Part shown: positions 1-12,409 of the stretch, piece by piece
How positions within the stretch are numbered: position 1 is the first letter of the stretch
Layout of the letters: every line of letters starts with the position of its first letter
Source: Lama guanicoe
Lineage: Eukaryota
DNA length: 64,000 nt
NCBI GenBank assembly: GCA_013239625.1
Contig: MU056358.1
Span: 2,900,158 to 2,964,157 of the forward strand
Direction of reading: 5' to 3'
Translations under genes and position numbers: made by a program
The notes under the pieces: generated by a model
The model's input: only the letters and a program-made list of their open reading frames with translations
What the model was told of the DNA's origin: nothing
Databases searched by the model: none

Positions 1-2771
1 GGACACTGAGGGCCTTTTATAGTCCTGCACACTTTCTCAGTGTCTGTGCACCACTTATGATGGGGGGCAGTTTAGTGAGCCCTGACCAACACTTTCAATA
101 ATGGAATAGAAAATATCTGACTGTTTGTCACTTAGTAAAGGCTAATTTTTGTCTCATACATATGTGCATGCTAGGTTGTAGCCAGATAAAATTCATTTCT
201 TAAGGTGGATCAGGGTCAAAAAATTTGAAATACAGTATGCCCTGAGCTCATCACCATTTTGCAGCAAAGTATAGAAATGAATGCCCTTAACAGTGATCTT
301 GAGTTATCAAAAAAAAAAGGATCAAATAATGTTCAAAGTATACCATGTAAGAGGGCAAAGTACAGTGGAATGAAGGTCTTTGGAAAGATTCCCATTACAA
401 AGTGGCTACAGATTTTTTGAAGATTTACTATTTTTAATTTTAAGAAGAAAGCCTTTTTGCCTTCTCCCTAACTTGAACCACAATACAACTTTTAAAAAGA
501 CCAAATTTGACTGAGGGAAAAAAAAGGAAGCCTGAAAAAAATAATAAAATAAAATATTATACTCTTTCAAAATTAATCAAAACATGAAATTTCATGCATA
601 CTTAACATAGAGATTCACTTTCCAGGTGCATCTAATAGGGTCCACATCTGTCTTTGTGGTTCACATTAACTGAAACTTCATTTAGTCATTCAGAACCTGT
701 GTTTAAAAGACACACCAAGGCTTCCATACCCTGGCGAGGCGTTGGCTTACAAAGATAAGTGAGACTCGGCCCTCAAGGAACCCTAGGTCCAGTGGTCCAG
801 GTTGCAGTCAACCCACGTTTACTGACTTGTACTATAAAGTCATGTTTTGAATTGTGGTGCAGTATCAGCTGAGGCTGGTTGAAATTGGCTCTCTCCTGAA
901 AAATCTAGGGTATGTGGCCCCATGTGTGCAAAACTGTCCCCGTTGCTTTGGTCATGAGTACACATTACAAAGGATTAGGCTAAAAGCCAGTTCCAGGTAC
1001 GATCGGGCAGGCTGGCCCAGTCTCTGTGAAGCTGGGTAACAGGGCAAAAGGGAAGGGTGTGCAGGCGAGCTGCATCTCTTGACTCGAAAGTCTGCAGGGG
1101 CTATGTCAGGGGAAAGTCAAGTCTGCAGCCCGTGGTAGTCACAGCTCCTGCTGGGCTCACCCGGCCTCTGTCTCCTGACAGCTCAAGCCTCCATCCTTTT
1201 TTTTGACCAGCTCTGCACATATCCAGGCCACGTTTTAAAAACCTCACTGGGTCCTGACCAACTTCCTTCTCTGTATATGTACTCTGATGCAGCAATGTAC
1301 CCTTTCGCTGGAGGGGCGTCTAAAAGCCCCAAGCGTGGACAGAGAACCTCAGCTTTGTCTCTATCACTGCTGTCATCCTCCGGGCTGGAGGGACTGTGCC
1401 TTCCTAAAATCACCATATCCGTGAGCAAAGCACTGTTTTTGTCTGGTCTACGGTAGAACAAGCTTTGTTAAGTACGCCAGTACCAGCTACAACAAATTAA
1501 TGCTAATGACCCTTATTCCTCGATTAGCCCACTTTCACTAATTTTACTAGTGGCCACGCCTCTCAGATTTTCAGAAGTTGATTTTAAATAGCCACTTCTG
1601 TCTTCCCTAAATATGCCACTGCTTGTCAAATCATGTGTCCTACTTTTTGGGTTTGAAAATAAAAATGGTCTCTGTGCTCAGAGGAGTCATAAGATGCATG
1701 GAAATATTCTTCTCACTTTGTGTCTTGTAAGCAAACGAGTTTTCCTGCTGAGACTGCTCTGATTTACCCAGGCCCGTATTCTTTTCAGGCAGCATGGATG
1801 CAAATGTCCTCTGGTTACCAAAACAACCTCAGTTAAACAGTGGGAGGCACCACCTGTGCATCTCAACCAATCACAGAGCTCCTCCAGTCAACAGCAGCAC
1901 GCAGATTTGATGCATCCTCACGACCTAGGCTGCTTTAGTGACATTCAACGTGATGTCCACCTTGGCACCCAGCTTTTCTGTCTTTTGGTCCTATGTTTTA
2001 TTCTATTTTGTTTTCAGGGAGAAAGCAGGGGGAGAGATAGATTCATAAGGCAGTGGCGGTGGCGGCAAAACACTCTAGAACCTTCTATCCAGCACCTCCA
2101 GATCTCTCCCCTCCTGCAGCCCACATTCAGCATCTCTGGTCAAGCCCCTGAGTGCCTGAGTTCCTGACGAACGTCCCCCTTCACTGCTGCCAACCTTTGA
2201 CTGCACTAACTCACTACCATGTCCCCTCAGAGGCAATGCCCCCAACCGACAATGAACCTGCTCACGTGTATCACATAATAGTAATATCGCCCCCTATCAA
2301 GCTGGGAGTGTGTCCACTTGACACAGACAGGGAATTTAACAGAGGGGCCCTTCGTTTAGTCGATTATTTTCCTCCGCCTCTGTTGCAAAAGAACCCAGTG
2401 AAAGCATAACCTTGAAACACACGAAGAAAAGATGCAGCCAGATCCTTTCTACATGTGAGACAGCACACCTTGGAGATGCCAGCTACAAGGCACACAGCTT
2501 GGCAGGCCTGCTGGGGCATCCGCTCTGGCGGCTACTTAGTCTGGGATTAGGTGAGGAGCCAGAGATTAGCACGTGGGTGAACTAATCAGATCAAAGCAGG
2601 ACAGGGTGCAAACTTGGTGGAGGTGGTTGCTTTGCATTGAAATAGTAGCTCTTGAGTGCAGATGTCCGGAGCTCTCCACAAGTGTGGAGAGGAGCCCTCC
2701 ATGTTAGGGAGCTGTAATCTGTGAACTGAAAAACCACAAAGACTTGGAGTTTTGGGAAAATCAAGGGAAAT

Positions 2772-3200
2772 TTCCCGGTCAAGGTGGTGGAGTGGTAGGA
2801 CCATGAGTTTGCCTCTTCTCATGATCACAACAAAACCACAACTGACTGCTTTAAACAACCATCAGAAAAAAAAGACTGGAACCTAGCAAAAAAGATCGTC
2901 TTCAACTGGAAGCATAAAGAAGGAACCACAGTGGGACTGTAGGAGGGGCATGCTTGTGATATAATCGGGCTCCATACCACCCCAGGTGGGCGACCCACAA
3001 GCTGAAGAATAATTAAGTCTTGGGGTGCTCCCACAGGAGTGGGAGTTCTGAGCCCCACGTCAGGCTCCCAGCCCGGGGTTCTGGCCTTGAGAGGAGGAGA
3101 CCCCAGGACGTCTGGGTTTGAAGGCCAGTGGGGCTTACTCCAGGAGCCCCACAGGACCAGGGGAAACAGAGACTTCACTCTCTTGGGAAGCGTACACAGA
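2772..3200 (+). mobile_element. L1 5'UTR fragment (cetartiodactyl/laurasiatherian type)
   Basis: Begins cccggtcaaggtggtggag, a decayed form of the L1 5' YY1 motif CAAGATGGCGG. Continues with recognisable L1 5'UTR sequence (ggtgggcgacccacaa, ttctgagccccac, tttgaaggccag). Flanked by a probable TSD, 2756-2771 vs 3201-3216 (13/16 match). Confidence 0.65.
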
Positions 3201-3356
3201 GGAAATCAAAGGAGATGATGTGCCTTTATAATAAAACAACTTTTCTGGACTTTTTCAGTTCTATCATTATGTGTTTTGGAAACTTGATAGAGGCAAGGAA
3301 GGAAGGACTAGGTTAGGAGGTAGGGGACCTGATGCTGTGTGTGATTGATTTGCAGT

Positions 3357-3403
3357 TTGCCTTGAATGTGATTTGTAGCGTTGCCTTGAATGTGATTTGT
3401 AGC
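3357..3403. repeat. Perfect 23-bp tandem duplication (ttgccttgaatgtgatttgtagc x2, period 24)
   Basis: Copies at 3357-3379 and 3381-3403, read directly. Confidence 0.95.
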
Positions 3404-4742
3404 CTCTCCAAAATCTCAGTTTACTTGTCTGTAAAAATGAGAATAATAAAGTCTGCTACTTTTAAAATGCTTTGCAGATAATAAAGCAGCACAAGAAGCG
3501 TTCGTGGGGCAGAGACCAAGGCTTCTCTGGGCCTCAGTTTTCCTCCTTTAAATCCTTTAAATGGGGATAGTCATACCGGCCCTCCCCTATCTCCTAGGAT
3601 GTTTCTGAGAATCAAATAACATAATATGTGTGGAGGGGATACATAAACCATGGAGTTCTCAGCAAGAGGTCGGACTCACCAAAGTTCTGGGGTCGCTTTA
3701 AGAAGTCATTTGCCAATCCAGGGGCTGAGGCTTCTGTGAGCCTCACTTTGCTGACCTGAACCTTCTCTCCAGCACATCCCTTCCCTCCTTCTCTCGCATT
3801 CCTCAGCCTCTTCCTGCCTTTTGCTTTCCGTTGTCTGGGATGCTCCAAACTGCCTTTGCTCTGCTTTCTTGACCCATCAGGGAAGTGCTGCGTTTCACTC
3901 TAGGGCAGCTCCACCTCAGATCCCATTGAAACCGTTTCTATACATAGTTTGTAAGAAAATGTGGGTTCATTCCGGAGGAAAGGGGCAACTGCTGTGTGGA
4001 TTCATATGCACCACCATTGCACTGGTGACCCCAGGAACCAGAGGGGTGACATTTACTTCCAGGATAAACACAAACCTGGCCCACAGTCACAATAGCTTTT
4101 ATAAACAACCTGTTTCTACCTGCTCATTCCTTTCCCCTAAACCTCTGGTGTGGGGAAGGGGCAGCATTTTATTCTTCAAATCAGAGACAGATGACCGATA
4201 GGGGGTGGGTCAATTGTCTTGGTCCTAAAATAAGATAGTGTTTGATGCATTCTGGGGAAGATATGAAAAACCTTGTTAAATAAGCAATTTAAGCTTTCCT
4301 TTTTATTTTACTTTGCCAAATGCAAATACTTTATTCACTGCCACCTGTCAGAGGGCACAGCCTCCAGTCCGGATGAGGGAGAAAGTTTGGCCCCAGTAGC
4401 CCTAACCTCAAAGGAGAGAGGGAAACCTTCCTCAGTACCAGGTCAGAAGCAGCCCAGGGGCACTGTCCCCTCCATTTGCTTCCTCTGTGGTTCAGGGGCC
4501 TCACTGCATGGAGCAGGCAACTTTGAAGTCCCTTTCCTGTGTCTTGAAAACTCCATTCAGCACGCCCCTTTTTTCCCCTATGGGATTTACCAAAGTTCAA
4601 ATTCCAATGCTCCTGCAGTCACCCTAGATGTGTACCAAGGCCTTAGAGGTTACAAAATCTCTTAAGTCAATCTCTAAGTACAAGATGCTTCAAGGAAGCA
4701 CCCAGTTCCTTCTGCTAATAACCGCAGTTTGTCATGTGACAC

Positions 4743-4745
<3 letters not shown>

Positions 4746-4776
<31 letters not shown>

Positions 4777-4802
4777 ACACCCCCCCCCCCCCCCCCCCCC
4801 CC
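4746..4802. repeat. Poly-C tract (C31-ACA-C23)
   Basis: Read directly. Confidence 0.95.
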
Positions 4803-5212
4803 AGGTTGACGTCTGTCCTTTATCGGCCAACATCTGCATTTCCTTCGAGGTGGTAATCTTCTGCTTTTGTTATTTAATTTCGGTTGTCTTCTTAATTGTT
4901 ACCCAATTGCTCTGGAGCTTGCATTCACGGTTAACAAAAACACTGCGCACGAGGCAGCCGTTTCGCTTTCTGGGCTTGTTGTTCTTGGCACTGGGTCAGT
5001 TCTGTGAACTTCTGGTGTCCAACTGGTAGGACCTGAAACTCTGTGTTTAACAAGTGCCTGTAGTCAAAACAGTTGGCGTGTGCAAGCTCGGATAGCTGGT
5101 ACTGACTGCAGCTGGTCAGTGGTCGGTCTCGGATTGTGCAGAACCCTGAACCCCAATCACGGTGCTCTGTTCGGGGGTTGGGCTTCTGTTGTTGTTTAGT
5201 TTGGAGGGGATG

Positions 5213-5236
5213 GCTCTCTCTCTCTCTCTCTCTCTC
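5213..5236. repeat. (CT)n microsatellite
   Basis: Read directly. Confidence 0.9.
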
Positions 5237-6550
5237 TTTTTTCTTTTATGTGATGGCATCCGTGCTAATATGGATCGCTTCAGGTTCCAAAAGTACAACG
5301 TGTTTACAGTCGTCGTAGAATCAGATTAAGTTGGCAGCCCGAGTCTCTCTGTAAGTGGTTTTAGTTTACATTTCTTCTTCTAGCAGGATGTTTTGCATAA
5401 ATTTTGCTGATCCTGGGTTATTTATAGACTTTTCTGAAGAAACCGGGATGCCTGAGAGTTTTCTAACTATGGAAAGTGAAATCCGTTTCTGCAGTTAGAG
5501 AAACGGCCGGGCATGTGCAGCGGAGGGTTATTTTAGCTCTTGAAAATTAATTTCTCCGCCAGGTCATTTGATAACATTCCCGAGCATACTCTGCAGCTGC
5601 CGACATCAGATGGCATAATCATCGTCTTAGGACGTGTTGTTTACTTTTGGTTGCTTACAAACGCAATAAAATGAAAGTAGTGATGCCATTTCCTCCGGGA
5701 CGCTCCGGGGGAGTGGATGCAGTGACTGGGTATTGTTTCAAACGTCCGAAAGTGGTTCGTGGTGGTTGTTTTGTCCAACCCCCGGGAGCAGTGCAGCCGG
5801 CCCAGAAGCCGGTCGGCGGGACTCTCCGAGAGCCTGGGGGAGGGGCAGAGGTCGGCCGGCCGCAGGAAAGTTAGTGGGGTTTCAAGTTTGTCCTCACCTA
5901 CATGAGACTGATATTCAGGGGCTTATAGTATTTTTTAAAAAATAATGTTCAACTACAAGATGGCCTGTCAGCTAATGCATCATCTGTTTGATTTTTCTGG
6001 CCTTGTCGGGAGCATCTTTGGGGAACCTGTAAGTGTTTGAATGAGAACTAAATCTGGGCACGTTGGAAATCACTAAGCCAGCATTAGCACTCTATGAAAG
6101 GGTTTTCCATAATATTTACTAGAACGGTTGGCTAAAAATTGCTCTGCTTCACCCGCTGAATGGCTGTGTAATTAAATCAGCCCTGGAGAGCCTACCTTGA
6201 GCACCTCCCATCTCGGTGTCTGCGCGGATGAAATTTGCATGGGTAAGTAGCACGTTCATCAGCGTAATGAGTGTGGAGTCCCAGTCTAATGGTCTAGGAG
6301 AACGTCGCAAATGAGACACTTCATTGTGCCTCGGGTTAAATATTTTAAACCAAACAAATCGAAAAAGAGGGAGAAAACCTCATCTAGGCCTTGGGAAAGG
6401 CCTTCTGAGCAGGGAGTCTGCCCTGATCCAGGGCGGTGAGTCCCTCAGGGACAGGTCCAAACCTCCCCGGACTCCAAGCATCACCCACTCATGTGCGAAT
6501 GAAAATGGACGGTTGAAATGGAAGTTTCCAAGCTAGTAAATGTGGGAAGT

Positions 6551-6642
6551 GGGGGTATAGGTCAGTGGTAGAGCGCCTGCTTAGCATGCATGAGTTCCTG
6601 GGTTCAATCCCCGGTACCTCCATTAAAAAAAAAAAAAAAAAA
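6551..6642 (+). mobile_element. tRNA-Ala-derived SINE (Vic-1-like, camelid), short form with poly(A)
   Basis: gggggtataggtcagtggtagagcgcctgcttagcatgcatgagttcctgggttcaatcccc (A and B boxes), then gtacctccatt and an A18 tail. Confidence 0.9.
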
Positions 6643-8164
6643 GACTGTAGTTGAGTGTGACCTAGGCCAAGGGGTGACATAATTCTCACCATGGAGTGCT
6701 GTCATGAGCAGATTTCTTTTTCTCGTTTCTCTCATCTATATGAAAACAAGGTTTTTTGCTGTTTTGTTTTGTTTTGTTTTTTGGTATCCTCTAATCTTGC
6801 GGAGAATAACGGTGAGGCTTGCTTTCGGTCTTTACGGTTTAGTGCGTGTCCTGTGCTTTTTCATGGCAGCCCCACTGAACTGGGGAGGGGCGAGCCGAGC
6901 CCTCTGGTCCTAGCATAAATTCAGGACAGGGGCCTGGCCTGCACAGTGGGGCTGGGGAGCTAGAACTCGGGCCACCCTGCACATTATCGGACCACCACCT
7001 CCTCATTGCCCCATTCAAACTGGGTGAACTGGCTGCAGCGCAGAGGTTAAGACAGTCTTTGTTCTGATTTGTTTCCAATCTGCCCCCACAAATGGGGGCC
7101 CTGTTACCCTCCCCTTGTCCTCCTGGCTTTTAGGCTGGGATGGGATGGAGACTCACCTTTTGAAGGCCTCAGGCAGAAAATGTGTGCTGATCTGTGTGCC
7201 TCCAGCTACCCATCCCACAGTGTAGATAACCTCGTGGCTGGAGTGAATGAAGAGCCCTGAAGGGAAACCACAGACCTAGGTGTTGGAATGGTAGAGGGAC
7301 GGCGGTGAATACTGAGTGGTTTTCCAGTCCTCCTCACCCTTAGGCTTTTGCATTTGAATCAGCCAAACCCTCCCACCCTTCCATCTTTGGGAAAGCCTAG
7401 TTGCTTTGCAGCAGTTCAGCGTGCTAAGCTGACAGACCTGCCTTCTGGCAGCCTTAGTGCGTCTATAGGTTCTTCCTTGGCCTGACAGGCAGGTTTCTGC
7501 CAGTGGAAATGGTATCTTGGAGAGATTTATAACAGTAATAATCATAATGCTGCTCTTTTATGTTTGCATAGCCTGGCTCAACTTTTAAACCTCTTTTACA
7601 TGCCTGATCTCATTGACTCCTCCCTACAGCCCTGGAAGGACAGATATTGTTAACCTCAGAGCATACAAATTCTAGGAACTAGCTGGGATTCCGACTTCAG
7701 CTCTCGGATACTGGTGCTCTTGGTAGTGATTTCAGCTGCTTAACGTCTGTATTTGGTTGCCAATAAGGAGGGTAGTTTGGGGATTGGAAAACCAGGTTTT
7801 TTTCTATTATTGTATTTCTTGTCAGTTATAAAGGCACATTTGATTGCTCACTATGTGTAAGGCACTGCTGAGAGCTGTACACTTAGTCCTTCAGCCACTG
7901 GTAGGAGGGCTGTTGTTAGTCATGCATGGGATCCTTACCAGTGAAGGTGGAGAAGTGTGGACCAAGTGACACACCACCCTGAATGGCAGTTGCCTGGCTG
8001 GAGCCGCGCCTCAGGAGTGCTGTTCACAGGTCCCTGTCACACGAGGGGTGTATGGGGTTTCATGCTTGGCCCCATCTTCTTCCACGTTCTGAATGAGGAT
8101 TTGAAAGAAGAATGACGCTGGTGCCAGTTTCCCAAGGTAGATTTAGAAGGGAGCATAGTTACAT

Positions 8165-8600
8165 TAATGAGTCAGGGTCCAGAAAAATCTCAACAGGCCA
8201 GAGCAGTGGACTGACTCCGACAAGGTGACATTTTTAAAGGATACCTGTGGCTAAGCAGCTTGGCAGCAAAGCGTGTGAAATAAGGCTTAGGGGTGATGCA
8301 GCTCTCAGGAAAAAAAACTCCAGCTTGGCTCTCTCTGCATTAATAGGAAAATAAGATGCAGAACGCAGCTGGGAGCCGCTCAGACCCCACCTGTAGTGTT
8401 CTCCCTGCTGAGTGCCACTGTTTAGGAAGGACAGTCGGTACCAAAGGGGCCCCAGAGATGGGGAAATAGTGAAAATGACGTTTCGTGAGGAATGGTTTTA
8501 AAAGATGTCTGGGAGTATTTAGCCTAGAGAAAGAGATTTCGGGAATCCAACATTTGGCAAGGCGTCCCGTGGAAGGGGAATTGGACTGGTTCAAGGTGAC
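8165..8600 (+). mobile_element. Ancient CR1/L3 LINE remnant (reverse-transcriptase 3' region)
   Basis: Decayed motifs ccagaaaaatctcaacaggccagagcagtgg (Q-x-DLDRL-x-x-W-like), cagcttggcagcaaagcgtgtgaaa (LGSSSCEKDLG-like) and gtatttagcctagagaaag (GVFSLEK, compare CR1 LGLFSLEKRR). Confidence 0.55.
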
Positions 8601-9247
8601 CCCCACAGGGCAGGAATGGGATGGACACGCAGGCATCACAAGTCATCTTCACTCTCCAGGGGCCGTGCTGTCTAGCCTGGTGTGCACTTGGAGAGGACAC
8701 CCATGCCCGTGGGGAAGCCTGGCTGGGCGGCCCCTTGGCTGCAGAGCTGAGGAGGTGATGACAGCCCCAGAAGGGGCCAGCAGGGGGTAGCAAAGAATGG
8801 TTACCTGTGGGGTTTCTTCTTGCTTTTGGGGAGTCTGTGATTATGTCCCAACTTCAGGGTTTAAGACCTGAGTCCCCTTGGTGGAAATGATGGCTGTATC
8901 AGGGTAGAAGGGGCTGGCAGAGATGAGGGTGCTGTGCCTCAGTGTCCCATTTGTAAATGGCTAGTGCAGCCCACGTGCCTGGATGTGGGTGTAATATTGT
9001 TTAAGACTAATCACCACTTCATTGTGGACCCGAATTAACCATGTTTAGGAACTGCTGTCTTGGAGTGCTGTCTTAGGAACTATCTTCTGTTGGCCATCCT
9101 AGTTACCTTAACTTAAAAATTACTTTCTTTAAGGGATTCCAAGAAGGGTTTTGAAGGTAACTCTCAGTTATTCTGAAACTGATCGTGCTGTTTGTGGATT
9201 GTCTTGGCCCTTAACTTGCTGCAGTTTTTCTATGGGGGGGGCGGTTG

Positions 9248-10118
9248 TTGAGGTGGAATTCAAACAACATAAAATTAACCATTTTGAAGTGAACAATTTG
9301 GTGACATTGAGTACATTCACAGTGTTGTGCAACAACCTCCTTTATCTGGTTCGAAATGTTGCATCACTCAAAATAGAACCTCATACCCACGAGGCTGTTT
9401 CCCCTCCCCCCTCCCCTCGGTCACTGGCAACCACCAGTCTGCTTTCTGACTCTATGGATTTGCCTATTCTGGACATTTCATATGAATAGACTCATGCAGT
9501 ATGTGACCCTTTGTGCCTGGCTTCTTTCATTTGCATGATGTCTTCTGATTCACCCATGTTGTAGTGTGTATCAGTACCTCATTCCTTTTTATGACTGAAT
9601 AATACTCTGTGGTTATGTATATACCATGATTTGTCCATTCATCCATTGATAGACGTTTGGGTTGTTTCCGCCTTTTGGCTATTGCTAATAGTGCTGTTTT
9701 GAACATGCCTTTACAGGGATTTGTTTGGGTACCAGTTTTCAGTTCTTCTGGGTGTATAGTCTAGGAGTAGAATTGCTGGATCTTATAGTGATTCCATGTT
9801 TAATTTTTGGAGGAACCACCATACTGTTTTCCATAGAGGCTGCACCATTTGAGGTTCCCACAGACTGTGCCCACAGGTTCCAATTTCTCCACATCCTCAC
9901 CAACCTTGTTATTTTCCGTTTTGGGGTTTTTTTGGTTGTTGTTTTTTTATATACATAGCCACTCTAGTACGTGTGAAGTGGTATCTCATTGTGGTTTTGA
10001 TTTGCATTTCCCTGATGACTAATGATGTTGATCATTTTTTCACGTGATTATTGGCCATATGTATATCTTCTCTGGAAAATGTCTGTCCAGGTCTTTTGCC
10101 CATTTTTTAATTGGGTTG
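9248..10118 (-). mobile_element. Old L1 (L1MA/MB-like) 3' fragment with ORF2 C-terminus and 3'UTR
   Basis: Typical antisense L1 sequence: aacataaaattaaccattttgaagtg, ctctatggatttgcctattctggacatttcata, tggtatctcattgtggttttgatttgcatttccctgatgactaatgatgttga. Confidence 0.9.
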
Positions 10119-10154
10119 CGCCTGCCTGTTTTTGTGTTCAGAATTAATATTCTT

Positions 10155-10289
10155 GAGGAGAGGGTACAGCTCAATGGTAGAGTGAGTGCTTAGCAAGCAC
10201 AAGGTCCTAGGTTCAATCCTCAGTACCTCCATTAAAAAAATAATAATAAATAAATAAACCTAATTACCCCTCCCCAAAAATAAACTAAA
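10155..10289 (+). mobile_element. Vic-1-like SINE, long form with TSD
   Basis: tRNA-Ala head followed by the aataaataaacctaattacccctcccc tail. TSD cagaattaatattct (10139-10153) vs cagaattaaggttct (10290-10304), 13/15 match. Confidence 0.9.
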
Positions 10290-11299
10290 CAGAATTAAGG
10301 TTCTCAATTTGCTGTTCCTCAGATGCCTGAGCAGTATAAATATTGCATCTTACTTTCTTAAGTCATATGTTTGCTGAGAACCTAGGCCACCTACGTATTC
10401 CCAGGCACCTGAGGTGGGAGCAAGAACAGGGTGAAAAGGCAGGGAAAGTATTCCAGAAAGACCAGAGGGCTCCGGGAGAGCTGGTCCACAAAAGTTGTTA
10501 ACATCTCTGTTCTCCAGGTCATCCTAGAACTCTCAGCAAACAGTTACCGGGAAAGTTACTCACAGATATCTCTGGAAAGACTCAGGCTCCCAGGCCACGG
10601 AGCCTGCCCTTTCATCTGTGTTTCTTCTGAGTATTGCAACATCCAACAGGCCTCCTCTTGACGGTCCCCTGAGTCGGGGAAGTGTGCCCGTGAGCCCTTG
10701 ACCTGCTAGCCTGAAGTCTGGAGGACGTGGCTCACAGCCTTACCTTTGGGAGCAGACTGTCTCTAGCCCCCGAAAGTGGAGCTGGAATAGGTGGGTGGTC
10801 GGCTCACAGCCCCTCATTCCTACTGGCTCCATTCCAAAGACATGGAATTGGAGAAACCAGTTCTGCTTTGGCAAGCAGCACGGCCCCCTCCCAGCTAGAA
10901 ACGGATTCTCCAGTATTCAGAGAAGAAACTCTGTATAAGAGGGGGAAAGGAAGCCCAAAGTCAGAGACCCCAAATCGTGTTCTCCTGAATAATTCTCCCA
11001 TGGGAGACTCCCTCTCTCTGGCTTTGGTTACATGGTCAAGCTGAAGGGATGGTCCCAACTTGAGACGGCCTTATAGAGGCCAATAAGCACTGCCTAGCGT
11101 ACGTGGCACGGTCTGGGATGCTGCCATCTTCCCACAGTCTCACATTCTCTGGTAGGGGCATACTTCTGAGTCTGGGAAAGCTTTTGTCTCTTAGAGGTTT
11201 CTTTTTATTTTTCCTTATTAAAAGGTGTACACTCTTCTGCCGGGGTTACCGTAAGATTTATCAGGTAATAGGTAGTTTTACAAAGAAACATTGCTTGTG

Positions 11300-11430
11300 G
11301 TGGGGGAGGTGGAGGGGATGTAAAAGCTCAATGGTAGTGCACATGCTTAGCATGCACAAGCTGCTGGGTTCTATCCCCAGTACTGTCACACACCTAAGAA
11401 AAAAAAAAAAAAAAAAAAAAAAATTATAAA
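11300..11430 (+). mobile_element. Vic-1-like SINE with long A tail
   Basis: agctcaatggtagtgcacatgcttagcatgcacaagctgctgggttctatccccagtac followed by an A-run at about 11399-11423. Confidence 0.85.
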
Positions 11431-12306
11431 AAAATTGAAGTACAATGTATCAATTTCTGGTGTACAACACAATGTTTCAGTCATACATATACATACATAT
11501 ATTTATATATTTGTTTTCATATTCTTTTTCATTATGGGTTACTACAAGATAATTGAATATAATCCCCTGTGCTATACAGAAAAAAATTGTTTTTAATCTA
11601 TTTTATATATAGTAGTTAATATTTGCAAATCTCGAAGTCCCAGTTTATCCCTTCCCACCTCCTTCCCCCAACTGGTAAAGATAAATTTGTTTACTAGGTC
11701 TGTGAGTTTGTTTGAGTTTTGTAGATAAGTTCATTAGTGTCTTCTCTTTTCTTTTTTTAGATTCCACATATGAGTGATATCATATGGTATTTTTCTTTCT
11801 CTTTCTGGCTTATTTCACTTAGAATGATGATCTCCAGGTCCATCCATNNNNNNNNNNNNNNNNNNNNNNNNNNNNNNNNNNNNNNNNNNNNNNNNNNNNN
11901 NNNNNNNNNNNNNNNNNNNNNNNNNNNNNNNNNNNNNNNNNNNNNNNNNNNNNNNNNNNNNNNNNNNNNNNNNNNNNNNTGAACATTGGGGTACATGTGT
12001 CTTTTCGAATTAGAATTCCCTCTGGATATATGCCCAGGAGTAGGATTGCTGGATCATATGGTAAGTCTATTTTTAGTTTTTTGAGGAATCTCCAAACTGT
12101 TTCCATAGTGGCTGCACCAAACTGCATTCCCACCAGCAGTGTAGGAGGGTCCTCTTTTCTCCACAGCCTCTCCAGCATTTATCATTTGTGGACTTTTGAA
12201 TGGTGTCCATTCTGACTGGTGTGAAATGATACCTCGTTGTAGTTTTAATTTGCATTTCTCTGATAATTAGCAATATTGAACACTTTTTCATGTGCCTATT
12301 GGCCTT
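11431..12306 (-). mobile_element. Relatively young L1 3' fragment (ORF2 C-terminus and 3'UTR), 5'-truncated
   Basis: Minus-strand ORFs give L1 ORF2 peptides: [53 protein letters not shown] and WMDLEIIILSEISQKEKEKYHMISLICGI. Confidence 0.93.
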
Positions 12307-12409
12307 TAGAAACAAAGAAATGTTGCATGAAACACAGGAGAGATCCTAGTAGATGATAAAAATACCTGAAACACACTTTACCACTGTTTTGTTTTTTTGT
12401 TTGGGGTTT

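Noticed and set aside
4628-5029. ORF with a polyproline run
   Set aside because: The run is only the translation of the poly-C tract, and there is no other coding signal.
6551-6625. tRNA-Ala(AGC)-like sequence, also at 10155, 11300, 46466 and 47743
   Set aside because: The acceptor stem is broken, the head is followed by a SINE tail or poly(A), and several copies have TSDs. These are SINEs, not tRNA genes.
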